A stretch of 64,000 nt of DNA from Felis catus (taxonomy: Eukaryota), in contig NC_058368.1 of NCBI RefSeq assembly GCF_018350175.1, positions 46,378,001-46,442,000 on the forward strand, written 5' to 3'. The notes under the pieces are model-generated. The model saw only the letters and a program-made list of their open reading frames with translations. It did not search any database and was not told where the DNA came from. Of the stretch, positions 51,628 through 64,000 are shown piece by piece (the first letter of the stretch is position 1; each line of letters opens with the position of its first letter). The position numbers and the translations under genes were made by a program.

Positions 51628-51699
51628 AAGTAAGGAGCTGTTTATTACATGTATTTCTTTTGATCCCCTGAAGAAATCTTTCACAGAGAAATCCTAAAG

Positions 51700-51930
51700 A
51701 CTCTCCACTCAGAGCTTATTAGCCATAAGCTGCATCACCTGATCATGCCTGACCACTCATAGGCAAAGAGAATAGGTCCACCATGATTCACATCTGTGAT
51801 GGAACATGGGGCTGGGTCCTCATGAGCACATAATTGGAGGAAAAATGTGAATTCCTCCATAAAATTAGTGTTTTGTTATAAAGGAAAGAAGTGATAATGG
51901 TTATTGGCTAGCAGCTAACAAAGACTGTAA
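51700..51930. mobile_element. Possible old MLT1 (ERVL-MaLR) LTR fragment
   Basis: TTCCTCCATAAAATTAGTGTTTTGTTATAAAGGAAAGAAG...GGTTATTGGCTAGCAGCTAACA resembles old MLT1 termini. Confidence 0.4.
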
Positions 51931-52387
51931 TAAAAGCTTACAGGGGAATATTGAAGAAAATAGCTAACAGCCTCCAATAGAAGCCCAATTACATTGCTAT
52001 TCCAAATCTTCCATCATTTTAAATCTTTCTCATGCTTGCTCAAAAGTTAACTACCTAGATGCAGAGGAAAATATCACTGTTTTTCTCAAGGTACTTCTCA
52101 TAATGAAGGCCTTGTAAAGAAAAGTTCCATAAAATTATAATAGTGACCTTGATTTTTATATTTAGAGCTACCAGGAACAGAAACATGAAATAGCACTCAA
52201 TTGCTTTGAGTTTCCTTTCCAACCTCTAGCTGGTGATACCTATAGAATAAATAATAAGATGGCACGCCTATGGAATATATAATAAGGTGGTGTCCTTCAT
52301 TTGATTGCTGGACAAATACATATGAGACAACTGTTACGGAATGTGACAAGAAGGAACTGGTCACATTTGAGCTGTATCAAAAGTATA

Positions 52388-52646
52388 TTTTATATTATTT
52401 TTTATTTTTGTAATGTTTATTCTTTTTAAGAAAGAGAATATGAGCAGGGGAGGGGCAGAGAGAGGGGGAAGGAGCAGGGAGAGGGGAGAGGGAAGGGTGG
52501 GGGTGGGGAGTGGGGACAGATGATCCGAAGCCTGCAGCCTGAGCTGACAGCAGAGAGCCCAATGCAGGGCTCAAACTCATGAACCATGAGATCATGACCT
52601 GGGCCAAAGTCAGATGCTCAAAAGACTGAGCCACCCAGGCACTCCC
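52388..52646 (-). mobile_element. CanSINE with expanded G/A-rich middle
   Basis: Antisense body. The central region is expanded to GGGGAGAGGGGAGAGGGAAGGGTGGGGGTGGGGAGTGGGG. Confidence 0.92.
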
Positions 52647-52969
52647 AAATATTTAAACATTTCCTGTGACAGTAAGCTGACTAAAACTGGTGGTGATATC
52701 ACTCAATGCTTTGATACAGTACTAGAAATATTTGCCTTCTTAAGGATGTGAACCAGTGTAGGAAAACTTGAAACGGCAACAACAGAGGTCAAGGGAAGGA
52801 GGGAAGGAGAGAGAAAGGAGGAAAGAGAGAGGCAACAGTGGCTTTAAGAGGAACACATGTTCATTGCCATGTCAGGGCTGTTTGGTCTCTTCCTTCCATC
52901 CCTGGTACCATCAATGGCAAAACAGAAATTTTTAACAAAAGTTTAAAATGGAGAACAACGGCAGAAATA

Positions 52970-53195
52970 CAATGTAGGGCAAAAAATACAGACTTTGCTG
53001 TCTAAGATGTGAGTTGCAGTCTGCTGTCATTAGGTAAGATGGCCTCTGTTTGCAAGATCTAATTTCTGTCAGCTTCAGTTAACTTGTCCCCAGCTGTAAT
53101 AAGGAGAATCATGTTGCCTGTGTCTCACAGAATTGCTAAGAACATTAAATGACATAGGATGTGTGAAAAATATACATGCATGTTCCCTAGTGACA
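52970..53195 (+). mobile_element. MIR SINE
   Basis: TCTGTCAGCTTCAGTT...CTGTAATAAGGAGAATC...TCACAGAATTGCTAAGAACATTAAATGA. Confidence 0.6.
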
Positions 53196-53249
53196 GTTTC
53201 CTTCCTTCCTTGGTTTTGCTATTGTTACATCATACTGGGCCCTTTACTG

Positions 53250-53351
53250 CCTTTCTTTCCTTTTTCTTTTCTTTTCTTTTCTTTTCTTTTCTTTTCTTTT
53301 CTTTTCTTTTCTTTTCTTTTCTTTTCTTTTCTTTTCTTTCCTTTTTCTTTT

Positions 53352-53407
<56 letters not shown>

Positions 53408-53410
53408 TTC
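53250..53410. repeat. (TTTTC)n-(TTTC)n homopyrimidine tract, ~160 bp
   Basis: Direct inspection. Confidence 0.95.
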
Positions 53411-54311
53411 AGTACTATCCCTACTACTTAAAGAGCTGCTGCCACTACCCGTTCAGAACGAATGGCAGAGCCAGAGCATGACATCACTCCCATAAATCTG
53501 TTCCTTCAACTGTATTTCCCAGGATCAATAATAGAACTTGGTAGAAAATATATTCCCCATGAAGAATTTTGTTTTATAAATACTTGCATGCATGAACGCT
53601 AGATCAAATGTGAAGATTTTATAAAATTTGAATCCACAACTTACTCACTGACCTTAGGCATCTCACTTAATCACCCTGGAAACGGAGGTGATAAAAGTGC
53701 CTACATGTTATGGTGATGATGAAAATCAAGTGAGGGAGTACGCATAACGACCTGGAACTGTGCGTGGTGCAACATAAGCATCCCCTCTATGTAGACTATA
53801 GGTATTGTCCTCTGACATAAGAGACACTAATATTCACAATTCAGTATCATATGGACAATAATTTGAAGATGATGGAAACTGAATTTTAATTCATATTCCA
53901 ATCAAAAGGAACATAAATTTTTCAAAATAATAATAAAAGGATGCACATTATCATTATATATACTACATCTTGACTCCAAAGATACTTTATCATAAAATAT
54001 ACGATAAAGTCACATCAATAAAGAGATCCAGTTGCATGGACATGAGCAACATTGCCTAACAAAAATTCCAAAGTTAAGATTTTAAATAGATAGTCACTAA
54101 ATTATCAGATTCAGACAGGAGTGTTGGCAGTGTCTTGGAAATCATCTTCTCTAACCCAGACTCACATTATGGGTAGAGGCTAGACCCAAGTTTAGAATCT
54201 CTATCTTTCTACCGATAGGCCAAGTACTTTTACCTTTATGAAAAGCTACCCTACCACACAGACACAGGCTCTTGTAGCGTATTTTTGACTCCTCAAGTAT
54301 ATTTACTCTTC

Positions 54312-54543
54312 TTTTAATTTTTATTTCATTTTAATTTTTTTAATGTTTACTTGTTTTTGAGAGAGAGAGACAGAGCATGAGTAGGAGAGGGGCAGAGAGA
54401 GAGGGAGACACAGAATCCAAAGCAGGTTCCAGGCTCCGAGTTGTCAGCACAGAGCCGGATGCTGGGGTCGAAACCCACGAACTGCGAGATCATGAGCTGA
54501 ACTGAAGTCGGGTACTTTACCGACTGAGCCACCCAGGAGCCCC
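54312..54543 (-). mobile_element. CanSINE
   Basis: Antisense body ending CCACCCAGGAGCCCC. Confidence 0.93.
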
Positions 54544-54955
54544 TGCTCTTTTTTTATACTTACTGTTTATTCACATGGAAATATCCATGAATAGTGAAGG
54601 ATAAATAAAAGAAGATCCAGATGGCTAATAATACCACAGCTATTTCCCCATTATTCCATGAGAAAAAAACAAATCAATACATACCAACTTCACATCAGCC
54701 ACGTTATACCTACTACTGCATTGATTTCATTGTCAGTGGCTAGTTTTTTTTACACAAGAAATTTCTAATTATCAAGTTGTACAATATTCTAGCAGCAATT
54801 CGCTAGATGGGCCTCCATTATCTAAAGAGAAGCATGTCTCTTCTCAGAAAAGTGTAAATTTGTTTCCTATTTCCTTATGTTATTTGCTCTCAATATCAAG
54901 CTTCAATCATACATATCATAGATATAATTTACTAAATAGAAGTATTTAATTTTTT

Positions 54956-55183
54956 CAAAAATTTTAATTGTTTATTTTTGAGAGAGAGAGAGACAGAGTG
55001 TGAGTGGGGGAAGGGCAGACAGAGAGAGAGGGAGACACAGAATCCAAAGCAAGCTCCAGGCTCTGAGCTGTTAGCACAGAGCCCGATGCGGGGCTCAAAC
55101 TCATGAGCTGTGAGATCATGAACTGAGTCCATGTCGGATGCCAACCAAGTCACTAAACACCTAAGCACTTAAGTAGGTGCCCC
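54956..55183 (-). mobile_element. CanSINE
   Basis: Antisense body. Flanks share TATTTAATTTTT. Small insertion near the head. Confidence 0.92.
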
Positions 55184-56343
55184 TAAAATATTTAATTTTT
55201 AACTTTTAAGTGCAATTTAAATTAGATAAGTATATTATTCTAACAGATAACACAATATGTGAATTTTCAGAGCTCATGGTAAATTGATCTAATTTTTAAA
55301 CATACTTATAAAAAAGGAATACCCCTACCTTTCTCTCTGAGTCACAATGGGAGACCAGATCAACTTTTAAAACAGGAATCAGGGACTTGTAGAATTCTAA
55401 GAGACTCTAAACTCTGTCTTCCTGAATTCTAATTATTATCAAGGCATTCTGATAAAGTTGACAACTACATATGATCTTTCAAGACATACATTTATTCACA
55501 TAACTAAAATTTATAGTGCATCTTCATCATAATAAATTTGTAAGAACTACATGTTGTTAATTTTTATGACAAATTATTTTACTTTAATTCAAGTTTTAAG
55601 ACCCACTTGTAAAATACATACCAACAAAACTAGCTCTGATATTCACTTATAAAAAGTAATTTACTACAAACAAGATAAAATTCACTGACAATTACTTAAG
55701 TATCTCACTATTTTCTAGTGATGCTAAAAAACTTGCAAGTCATTTGAACAAACTGTGACATAATCCATGTAATATTTTTCCTAGAAGCAAAATATAGTTT
55801 TGGTAATCACTGGAATGTAAAATAGGTACCCTCAGTTGGAAAATAAAAAGTATAATGAAAACACAGTCAATTCAAACAAATATTTCCTTATTTTAATAAA
55901 GAACATAGGTCTTTAGAAAGTCTATCAATAGGCTATGACTCTGGGAGTTTCCAGGTAAATTTCAATCCTCATAGATATTCAATCAAATCCTACTGTATTA
56001 TTTTCTATGTTCTAGGCACTAAAAAGATTAAAAAAAAAAAGATAGGTACAACATAACCCCTGCCTTTAAAACTGTAAATTCAGTGAAAGTAGAAATTATG
56101 TCTGTCTTGTTCACAGATACATTGCCAGCAATGAAAACAATGATCAACACAAAGGAGATGTGCTTAATATATGTTTAATAAAGTTATGAAGAAAGAAAAT
56201 AAGGAAATGAAGATGAGATGGGAAAGAGAGAAGGAAGAAAAGAGGAAGAAGGGAAGGAATGGAAAGAGGGAGATAGGAAGGAACACATTTACTATTTAGT
56301 TGGGGAGACAGTCACATATACAATCATCTAGTACACAGTGCTG

Positions 56344-56561
56344 AGGGATACCTGGGTTGCTCAATCAGTTAAATGTCCACCTTCAGCTCAGGTCAAGATC
56401 TCACAGTCTGTGAGTTCAAGCCCTGTGTCAAGCTTTGTGCTGACAGCTCAGAGCCCGGAGCCGGCTTCAGATTCTGTGTCTCCCTCTCTCTCTGCCCCTC
56501 CCCCACTGATGTGCATACACTTGCTCTCTTTCTCTCTCAAAAACAAATAAATATTAAAAAA
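56344..56561 (+). mobile_element. CanSINE
   Basis: TSD AGTACACAGTGCTG (56330-56343 / 56567-56580). Followed by a 15-bp tandem duplication TTATTGTAACTCAGA x2 (56581-56610). Confidence 0.94.
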
Positions 56562-57309
56562 GGAGAAGTACACAGTGCTGTTATTGTAACTCAGATTATT
56601 GTAACTCAGATCATGAAGATTAATTTGGGCTACAAGACCAGGAAAGCTTCCGGTAGGAGGGCATATTTGAGATGATTTTTGAAATATATTTAGAGATTTG
56701 GTTGATAGAAGTGAGTGAAAAGAATATTTTGAGGGAAAAAAAGAAAAAAGAATAAAAAAGAAATAATGAGTAATAGGACAAAGCTGGGAATATGTTGGAC
56801 TTACATACATAATATATTTACAGGGTAAGAAACATTGGGTGGGGAGACTACTAGGACACAGACTTGAAAAAGAATGTTGGTGTCCCTTAATAAATGTGTT
56901 TAAATGCCATTGCAATAGAGTTTCATGCTCTGGGAAGCTGACGGTATTGGAGGAGGGACGTATCTTGGTTAGAGCTGAGCTCCCAGAACACAGGCTTCCC
57001 TCCCAAGCTGTGTGCACCTCATCTTAGCTCTCTATGTGGCTCTCTCCATATACTTTGCTTACAGTTAGACATGTACCTACCTAACTTGATTGTCTGTTAT
57101 AGTTATATGCCCAAACACTTAATACAGTTCTTGGCACAATTAAATTGCTGCTGCATAGAAGAAGCCATGCGGTGGACCTCAGTTCAGATCCTGAATGTGT
57201 ATCTTATTCAGGAAGACTTCACTCCTCTGAGCCTCAGTTCTACCATAGGACAGAACAATACCAATTTTTTTAGATTCACTAAATCTAACTCATTATGGGA
57301 GACAGGATG

Positions 57310-57778
57310 AGGTGTACCCTCACCCACTACCACACATATCCTAGATGCTGAAGCACATCAATATGTTATTTTACATGGCTGATGGAATTTTATAGATGTG
57401 ATTAAGAATCTTGAGATGGGAAATTTGTCCTGGGTTATTCTAATAGTCCCAGTATATCACAAAAATCCTTAGAAGAGGGTAGCAAGAGGGTCCAAATCAG
57501 CAAAAGAAGATGTGATAATAGAAGCAGAGATTAGAGTGGTGTGAGTGGATGATGAAAGGAGGCAAGAAGGCAAGAAGTGTGGGCGGTCTCTTAGAAACTG
57601 TAAAAGACAAGAATACCAATTCTCCCCTAACAAGAGAGAACAAAGTCCTGCTAATACCCTGATTTTAGTCTGTAAGACTCATTTCTGACTTCTGACCTTC
57701 AGAATGTAAGATAATAAATTTTTGCTGTTTTAAAGCACTAAATTTGTGCTAATTTGTTCCAGCAGCAATAGGAACTTT

Positions 57779-57783
<5 letters not shown>
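57310..57783 (+). mobile_element. MLT1 (MLT1D-like) solo LTR, apparently inserted into a MIR
   Basis: TATGTTATTTTACATGG...GATGTGATTAAGAATCTTGAGATGGG...GACTTCTGACCTTCAGAATGTAAGATAATAAAT...TTGTTCCAGCAGCAATAGGAAC. MIR-like sequence lies at ~57150-57290 and resumes at ~57836-57870. Confidence 0.85.
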
Positions 57784-57820
<37 letters not shown>

Positions 57821-57836
57821 ACACTCACACACACAC
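57781..57836. repeat. (AC)n microsatellite
   Basis: Direct inspection. Confidence 0.95.
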
Positions 57837-58047
57837 CTGGAACAGAGTAGGTATTAACAAATAGTAGATTTTCTTATTGGGTCAATAAATATTTCCTACC
57901 TAAGCTGATATTTTTTGCACCTTCAAAATAAAATTAAGCCAACTGAGGTATAGGGAGGCCATCATAATAAGGACACACTGTACCAGTCCAAGCACAAGTT
58001 ACAGTGCCCAAGCTAGAGAGGAAGAGAGAAATATAAAAGAGGGAACA

Positions 58048-58261
58048 GGGGCGCCTGGGTGGCGCAGTCGGTTAAGCGTCCGACTTCAGCCAGGTCACGA
58101 TCTCGCGGTCCGGGAGTTCGAGCCCCGCGTCGGGCTCTGGGCTGATGGCTCAGAGCCTGGAGCCTGTTTCCGATTCTGTGTCTCCCTCTCTCTCTGCCCC
58201 TCCCCCGTTCATGCTCTGTCTCTCTCTGTCCCAAAAATAAATAAACGTTGAAAAAAAAAAT
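58048..58261 (+). mobile_element. Young CanSINE (SINEC_Fc-type, CpGs intact)
   Basis: Perfect TSD TAAAAGAGGGAACA (58034-58047 / 58262-58275). Nearly identical to the 40723-40947 copy. Confidence 0.97.
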
Positions 58262-59099
58262 TAAAAGAGGGAACAAATGTCGGACCATTTCAGAGAGAGA
58301 ATTTGATCTCTAAGTAGACCATAGGTATAAAAAAGAGGACGTAGGGATCATTGCAGTCTGGAGTGGAAGCCTACGTAATAAAGTAACTCCAATATTAGAA
58401 ATAGCAACAACAGAGGAAAATGCAAGTCTGGAAGCTCACATTTTGAGCATGCTGCATTTGAGGAGTGATTGCTTAAGAGTAGACTTTAGCAATATATATT
58501 TTAGGAAATTGCTAAGGGTCAATAAGTTTCCACAAAAGAAAAATGAGAGGCCACTGCAAAACCTTCTAAAATCGTCTGGGCCTACCCGCATATGTAACGG
58601 TAAGAGGAGGCCTGCGAGTGAAAAGGTAAGATCAGAGGCAGCTTTATAGAAAACAGTGCCATCAGAAAGATGATGCAAAAGCCAGATTGTGGGGGTTCAG
58701 GGACAAATGAATAAGAGAGGCAACCAATGCACTTTATTCTTTCCAGAAGCTTGATGAAGACAACCAGACAGCTTTGCTGAGGTCTACATTTTTCTAAGTA
58801 ATGAAGGTTTGTGTGTATTGGTGGGAAGAAGGAAGATGTTAACTGTTAATGGAGATTGAAGAAGAAGAGAAAAGGGAGAGTTAGCGAAAGAAGGGGAAGC
58901 ATAAGAAGCACCTAGTATACACATGACTGTAAAAATTATTTGTGATATCATTGACGGGCCTTTAGAACCAGAAGGTACTAGATCCCACAAATGAAAAGTA
59001 AGACTATTACATCTTCATCTAGATGGTAAGAAAGCAAGGCTGACTGCTGGTACAGATTTCAACTCTTTGTCAGCACTCTGAAAAATAGTAGCTCTCTTT

Positions 59100-59700
59100 C
59101 TCTTTGATTCCCTCCTCCCACCGCAGACTGTCTTCTCTCTCTAGAACACAAAATCAAGCCACTCTATTCCTCTGTTTTGACATTTTGACATTGCCCGTTG
59201 CCTACAACACAAGATCCAAATAACTCATTCACAGCGACATTAATGCTTTCATACTCTGTCCTTCATCTACTTTCTAGACACATCACCAACCGGTCACTGC
59301 TCTGATCCGGCTTTATACACTATGTAAAACCACAAAGAACTATCCTTCATTTTTTAGTGTCTGATCCCTTTGCATTGACTGTTTTCTTTGCCAAGAATAC
59401 CCTTCCCTTTTCTTCTTTGCATAAACGCCAACATCAATTACCACCTCCTAGGAAAAGTTTTATTGATTCATTGAGACAGAGTTGATTATGTCTTTCTCTA
59501 CGTTACTCTCTCAATTTTGCAGAAACCTCAACTATTAGCTATTACTGAATTATACTGTAATTATTTCTTTGCCAGTTTGTCCAACTACACTGAGGTCCTT
59601 GAAGCAGAGGCCGTGACTCATTAAATTTTCCTTTTGCTCTTTTGTGCCCTCCACAGAGCATGCACTCAGTTTTTCAATGAATGAATAAATAAATGAAAAT
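59100..59700 (+). mobile_element. L2 LINE 3' portion
   Basis: GTTGCCTACAACACAAGATCCAAA...ACACTGAGGTCCTTGAAGCAGAGG...AATGAATGAATAAATAAATGAA terminus. Confidence 0.65.
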
Positions 59701-59884
59701 AGTACAAGAAAAAAAAATCTAGAAAAGGTAGAAAAGTGGACCGAGGTGGTCACTAGAGTGCATAATTGAAGAAGATAGTTTAAAAGTCCAAAGATTTACC
59801 TAAATATTTTCACAACTCAAAATGAATGGGACTCAGTCGTGCCACGTAACCTAGGTCCAGATTCTTAACTTGACAAAAATCACA

Positions 59885-59966
59885 TATTTAGTTGAACTGT
59901 AAGAAATTGATGATATTTGACCAATTTTAACCCATAAAATGACAGTTTCATATGTTCAGCTGAATA
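59885..59966. mobile_element. MADE2-like mariner-derived MITE (~80 bp palindrome)
   Basis: TATTTAGTTGAACTGTAAGAAATTG...CAGTTTCATATGTTCAGCTGAATA: imperfect long inverted repeats bounded by TA. Confidence 0.75.
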
Positions 59967-60047
59967 CCTATCTATCATCTGATGAAAAAACTCACCTCTG
60001 TTAGCCATATCCTCTGGAAAAAACAGCACAATAAAACCAGCCTCTCA

Positions 60048-60283
60048 GGGGTGCCTGGATGGCTCAGTCGGTTAAGCATCCAACTTTAGCACAGGTCATG
60101 ATCTCACGGTCCGTGGGTTCAGGCCCCGTGTCGGGCTCTGTGCTAACAGTGTGGAGCCTGGTGCCCGGAGCCTGCTTCGGATTCTGTGTCTCCCTTTGTC
60201 TCTGCCCCTCCCCCGCTTGTTCTCTCTCTCTGTCTCTCTTTCTCTCTCTCTCTCTCAAAAATAAATAAATAAACATTAAAAAA
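60048..60283 (+). mobile_element. CanSINE
   Basis: Flanks share ACCAGCCTCT. Confidence 0.94.
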
Positions 60284-61324
60284 ATACCAGCCTCTTAAAT
60301 TCATGCTCAGAAGGAACCTACTCTTCCACATTTACTCCCAAGTTAAAAACACTTGCCCTGGCACCTACAAATATCAGCTGGTTCTAAAGTCAACAGACTG
60401 CATTTATAAAAGCACTAAAAGTAAACTCTAACAAAAGAACAACAGAAACAACCTAAGCCTGAGTGATGCATGATTGTCAGTGAGTTCAGTGCCAGCGCTG
60501 CTCCCTGATCTGTCATTTCCTCTTATCTCAGAAGGCTAGTTCACTTTGCAGACGCAGAGCAAAGGTGGGCGCAGCACGACCCAAGTCCCGCAGGCTCTTA
60601 CCTATGGTAATGGCTACACCTGATACCTGCAGTTATCTCCCTAGCTACGCTCTGCCTTCCTAAAGCTTCTCGTTACAGTACTTTCTTTCCTGAGATGTTT
60701 GAAATATTGCAATATTAAGGCTGCAGAAACAAAGCCTTACGTTGAATATCCCTTTCCCTATATATCTTCTATTTATCTACCTACACAGACCGAGAGATCA
60801 TGGTCTTAAACCTGTAAACACATTTCTGAAGTGTTCACTATCATTTATTCAAAATGTTACTCTCTCAGAATTATAAAAAAAAAACATTTCAAAACTGATA
60901 AAGTAAACATTAAGTTTTCAGAAAACATGAAAAGAGCTACCATGTAGAAAGTATTGTGTGCTTAAACCTATAGGAAACACTATATTAAAATTGTACTCCG
61001 TCTATAGAATGTATAGCATGTGTATGTGTATGTGTAAAGTTATACTAGAATTATATTAGATTTGTCTAACCCCAAAGTTCACCCTCTTAACTACTGCACT
61101 TCAAATGGGCCTCAATGAACTAAAAGACTGACTCCTGAGCATAGCCGTAATGTGCAAATATATAGAAATGTTTGGGTACTTAAGTGTTCACAAATGTTGA
61201 ATCTCAAAAATTAATTCATTTCAACCTCTAAGTCAGAAATGCCAATATTCTGGCCATTATATCACAAAGTCATTCCAAATATATAAAGAGTAAACATAGG
61301 AAAGTTAAAAGAAAACAAAGTTCA

Positions 61325-61551
61325 GGGGCACCTGGGTGGCTTAATCAGTTAAGCGCCTGATGCTTGATTTTGGCTCAAATTATTATCTCACAGTTCCTGA
61401 ATTTGAGTCCCATGTCTGGCTCCGTGCTGACAGTGTGGAGCCTGACTGGGATCCTCTCTCTCTCTCCCTCTCTTTCTGCACCTTCCCACTCACGTTTTCT
61501 TTCTCTTTCTCTCTCAAACATAAATAAACTTAAAAAAAAAGAAAAAGAAAA
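61325..61551 (+). mobile_element. CanSINE (older)
   Basis: GGGGCACCTGGGTGGCTTAATCAGTTAAG head and A-rich tail. Confidence 0.9.
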
Positions 61552-61672
61552 GCCATTCTGACATCGTGTAAAATAATAAAATGTTTATTTGATAGGGAGA
61601 TGGGTGAAAAATGAAGGAAGACAGGCTTAGAGGAATATTTGGAAGCTTATCTGCTATTAAAGAATACTTCTT

Positions 61673-61888
61673 GGGGCGCCTGGGTGGCTCAGTCAGTTAA
61701 GCGCTGACTTCAGCTCAGGTCATGATCTCATGGTTCGTGGGTTCGAGCCCCGTGTCAGGCTCTGTGCTGACAGCTCAGAGCCTGGAGCCTGTTTCCGATT
61801 CTGTGTCTCCCTCTCTCTCTGCCCCTCCCCTGTTCATGCTCTGTCTCTCTTTGTCTCAAAAATAAATAAATGTTAAAAAAAATTTTTT
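61673..61888 (+). mobile_element. CanSINE
   Basis: TSD core AATACTTCTT (61663-61672 / 61892-61901). Confidence 0.95.
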
Positions 61889-63144
61889 AAAAATACTTCT
61901 TACTTTGCCATGTATACAGACATCTGATTCTTGCTGGGTCCGTATATCAGCATTGATTTTTTTTGTGAAATGTGATCTCTACCACAGCTTAGTCAACTTT
62001 AAAGAAAGTTAAAGATGCAAAACTAGAAACTTTCGCAATTGCTTACTTAAGACAATTGAAAACAACATGTTTCACTTCCTGCAAGGAGTCTTCCTTGATA
62101 TCTACAACTCTGACGATTACAGCCTCTGAACATCTTAGCCCTCACTGCCCACTCCACTCACATGGCACACAGATCATGATGCTATGCCATCTTATTATAT
62201 TTTATTACTGTTAGCTACTCCATGAGTAAACTTTGTCTGCCAACAAGGTCTCGGACCCTTGAATATAGAAATGAAGACAGAATTTGCTAAACTCCTAACT
62301 AAGGTAGAGCAGGTTGATGGTGAAACTTCCTTCTTAATCAAAAACAAAAACAAAAAACAAAACAAAACAAAACAAAGTTAAAAATGACATTTAAATTCTG
62401 TAGTGCCCTGAAGAGACTAGAGTAGCCTTGAATAAGAATATGATTCCATTTTTTTTTCCTTCTCTCTTTTTTTTTTTTTTTGCTTTACTTTGTTGGGTTT
62501 GAATATCATTCACAATCCCAAGAAGATTTTATTAACTGTCACCCTGGTCTAAATTAATCAGTGAAAGAAGAAAAGGGGATTAAAGGAAAAATCTGGAAGG
62601 GTCACAATTTTTATGAAGCACATAAATAAAGAAGAAAATTTGAAAGTAATTTTAATTGGCCAATAATTTAATGAGCTCGACACTTGCGTGACACACTTCC
62701 AAGTTTATCATTAAAGTTTTTAAAGTTAAGCTAGTTGGGATTTAGGATATGGGTCTTTATTTAGAACCAAACTGCTTTTGCCTCTTTTGGGTTTTCATTT
62801 GATTCAGTCAGTTTCGTATTATCTTTGACCTCACTGGTGGACTACCACAGTCCAGTCTTGAGTGTGAATTCATTAGCCATGTTGCTCCTTGTTAATTGCC
62901 TCTTCATTCTGTATTCTTTCTCACTGGACACCCTAATTACACCTCTATTCACCCCACACTCTTGATGACAGGTTAGGCAACTGCCTCAACTTTTATTTTC
63001 CTTAATTTGAACATTGGTTTTATGATTTTTCCCCTGCCTAATAAATAGAGATTGGCCCAAATTCCTATTTGTCAGTAGATAGCACTTTACTTACCCCTGG
63101 GAAAATAGTTAACTGAACTGCTTTGTTAAACCACCAGTCTAGGC

Positions 63145-63267
63145 CTAGTCTAAACTATCTCTGTCTGGTTTATCTTACCAATAATCTAGTCTACACCATC
63201 TCTGTCTGGCTTATCTTACCAATAATCTAGTCTAAATCATCTCTGTCTGGTTTATCTTACCAAAAAT
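63145..63267. repeat. Minisatellite, 3 x 41 bp (CTAGTCTAAACTATCTCTGTCTGGTTTATCTTACCAATAAT)
   Basis: Copies start at 63145, 63186 and 63227, with few substitutions. Confidence 0.93.
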
Positions 63268-63469
63268 TTGAACACATTTTGTTGATTCTTCTCTAACAAA
63301 CTGTGTTTCTCTTTCCAATTTTTTCTTTTATTTCTCCTTCCCAAATATTGTCTTTACATTATAAATGTTCGTTCCCTTACACTAACTGTTGCTGTATCTC
63401 TTTAATGCTGACAAATTAACTTTCCCTTAAAAAGCAAAACATCTTTGTACCCCAAACATTTCTGAACAG

Positions 63470-63715
63470 TCAGTGTATTTATGGGAAAGAAGATGAGCTT
63501 ACAAGTCATATGTAGAAGATCAAATGCTGTCTCTACTACTTTGTAGCTGTGGAACCTTCAGCAAGTTACTAACATGAGACCTGGATTCTTCATGTTAAAA
63601 TGTGACTGACTGCGTTCACCATAGAGGATTCTTGTGAGAAGTGAATGACGGGCAGAATATAACATGCCTCCTAGCCCAGTGCCTTGTATATGGCTGGCAT
63701 TCAAAAAATGCTTCT
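63470..63715 (+). mobile_element. MIR SINE
   Basis: TCAAATGCTGTCTCTACTACTTTGTAGCTGTGGAACCTTCAGCAAGTTACT...CATAGAGGATTCTTGTGAGAAGTGAATGA. Confidence 0.65.
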
Positions 63716-63776
63716 CCTTTATCCTTTTTCACAATTTCCTGTGTTGCTCATTTGACTTTCTGGCACATGTGCGTGG

Positions 63777-63777
<1 letters not shown>

Positions 63778-63811
<34 letters not shown>
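63778..63811. repeat. (CA)n microsatellite
   Basis: Direct inspection. Confidence 0.95.
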
Positions 63812-63815
<4 letters not shown>

Positions 63816-64000
63816 GCAAATGTTATTATGCACAAAATATCAAAATAATTAACATATAGGTTGACCTCATGGGTTTAATTTAGTTTCAAAGGCACACTTA
63901 AGAACAAATAATTCTAGACAAAGTCAACAAAAATGTATTTAAATAGCCAGTCCTCAGGGGAAAAAAAAGACTAACTTCTACAAAAAACTCTACCACTAAA

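Larger units (their letters stand above)
34371..64000 (-). other. DACH1: DACH1 intron upstream of the exon (continues past window end)
   Basis: Ends at the AG acceptor. No upstream DACH1 coding exon was recognised in 34371-64000. Confidence 0.8.

Noticed and set aside
53133..53495. Phe/Ser/Leu-rich 'membrane protein' ORFs
   Set aside because: Translations of the (TTTTC)n/(TTTC)n microsatellite.
56448..57017. Longest ORF (189 aa)
   Set aside because: Runs through an antisense SINE and low-complexity sequence, with no recognisable domain.
59885..59966. Novel miRNA-like hairpin
   Set aside because: The palindromy is explained by a MADE2-like MITE. There is no evidence of processing.
60590..60615. 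Recursive splice site (TAG|GTAAGA on the minus strand)
   Set aside because: No adequate polypyrimidine tract upstream.
63145..63267. CRISPR-like array
   Set aside because: Units are contiguous with no unique spacers, there are no cas genes, and the context is mammalian. It is a minisatellite.

Overview
This is AT-rich mammalian genomic DNA from a carnivore, most likely a felid, judged from about 19 tRNA-derived CanSINEs (including young SINEC_Fc-type copies), a carnivore-type L1 3' end and a Tigger2a_Car-like element. The whole window appears to lie inside the Dachshund homolog 1 gene (DACH1) on the minus strand. It holds one 162-nt coding exon (34209-34370, ...GLTAAAAAAAAATNAAIAEAMKVKKIKLEAMSNYHASNNQHGADSENGDMNSSV-G), flanked by more than 34 kb and more than 29 kb of intron. 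The rest is interspersed repeats (CanSINE, L1, L2, MIR, MLT1, MER5, Tigger2, MADE2), microsatellites, a few small tandem duplications and unique non-coding blocks with developmental transcription-factor motifs. I found no evidence of a new, self-contained biological system: no CRISPR array, RNA gene or new long ORF. The most notable observations are a ~26 kb CanSINE-free zone around and downstream of the exon, several candidate enhancers, two very young SINE insertions, closely spaced inverted SINE pairs, a nested MER5/L1/SINE structure with a probable L1 inversion, and two possible cryptic poison exons. Repeat family names and gene identity come from recalled consensus sequences, not database searches. 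Boundaries of old repeats are approximate.
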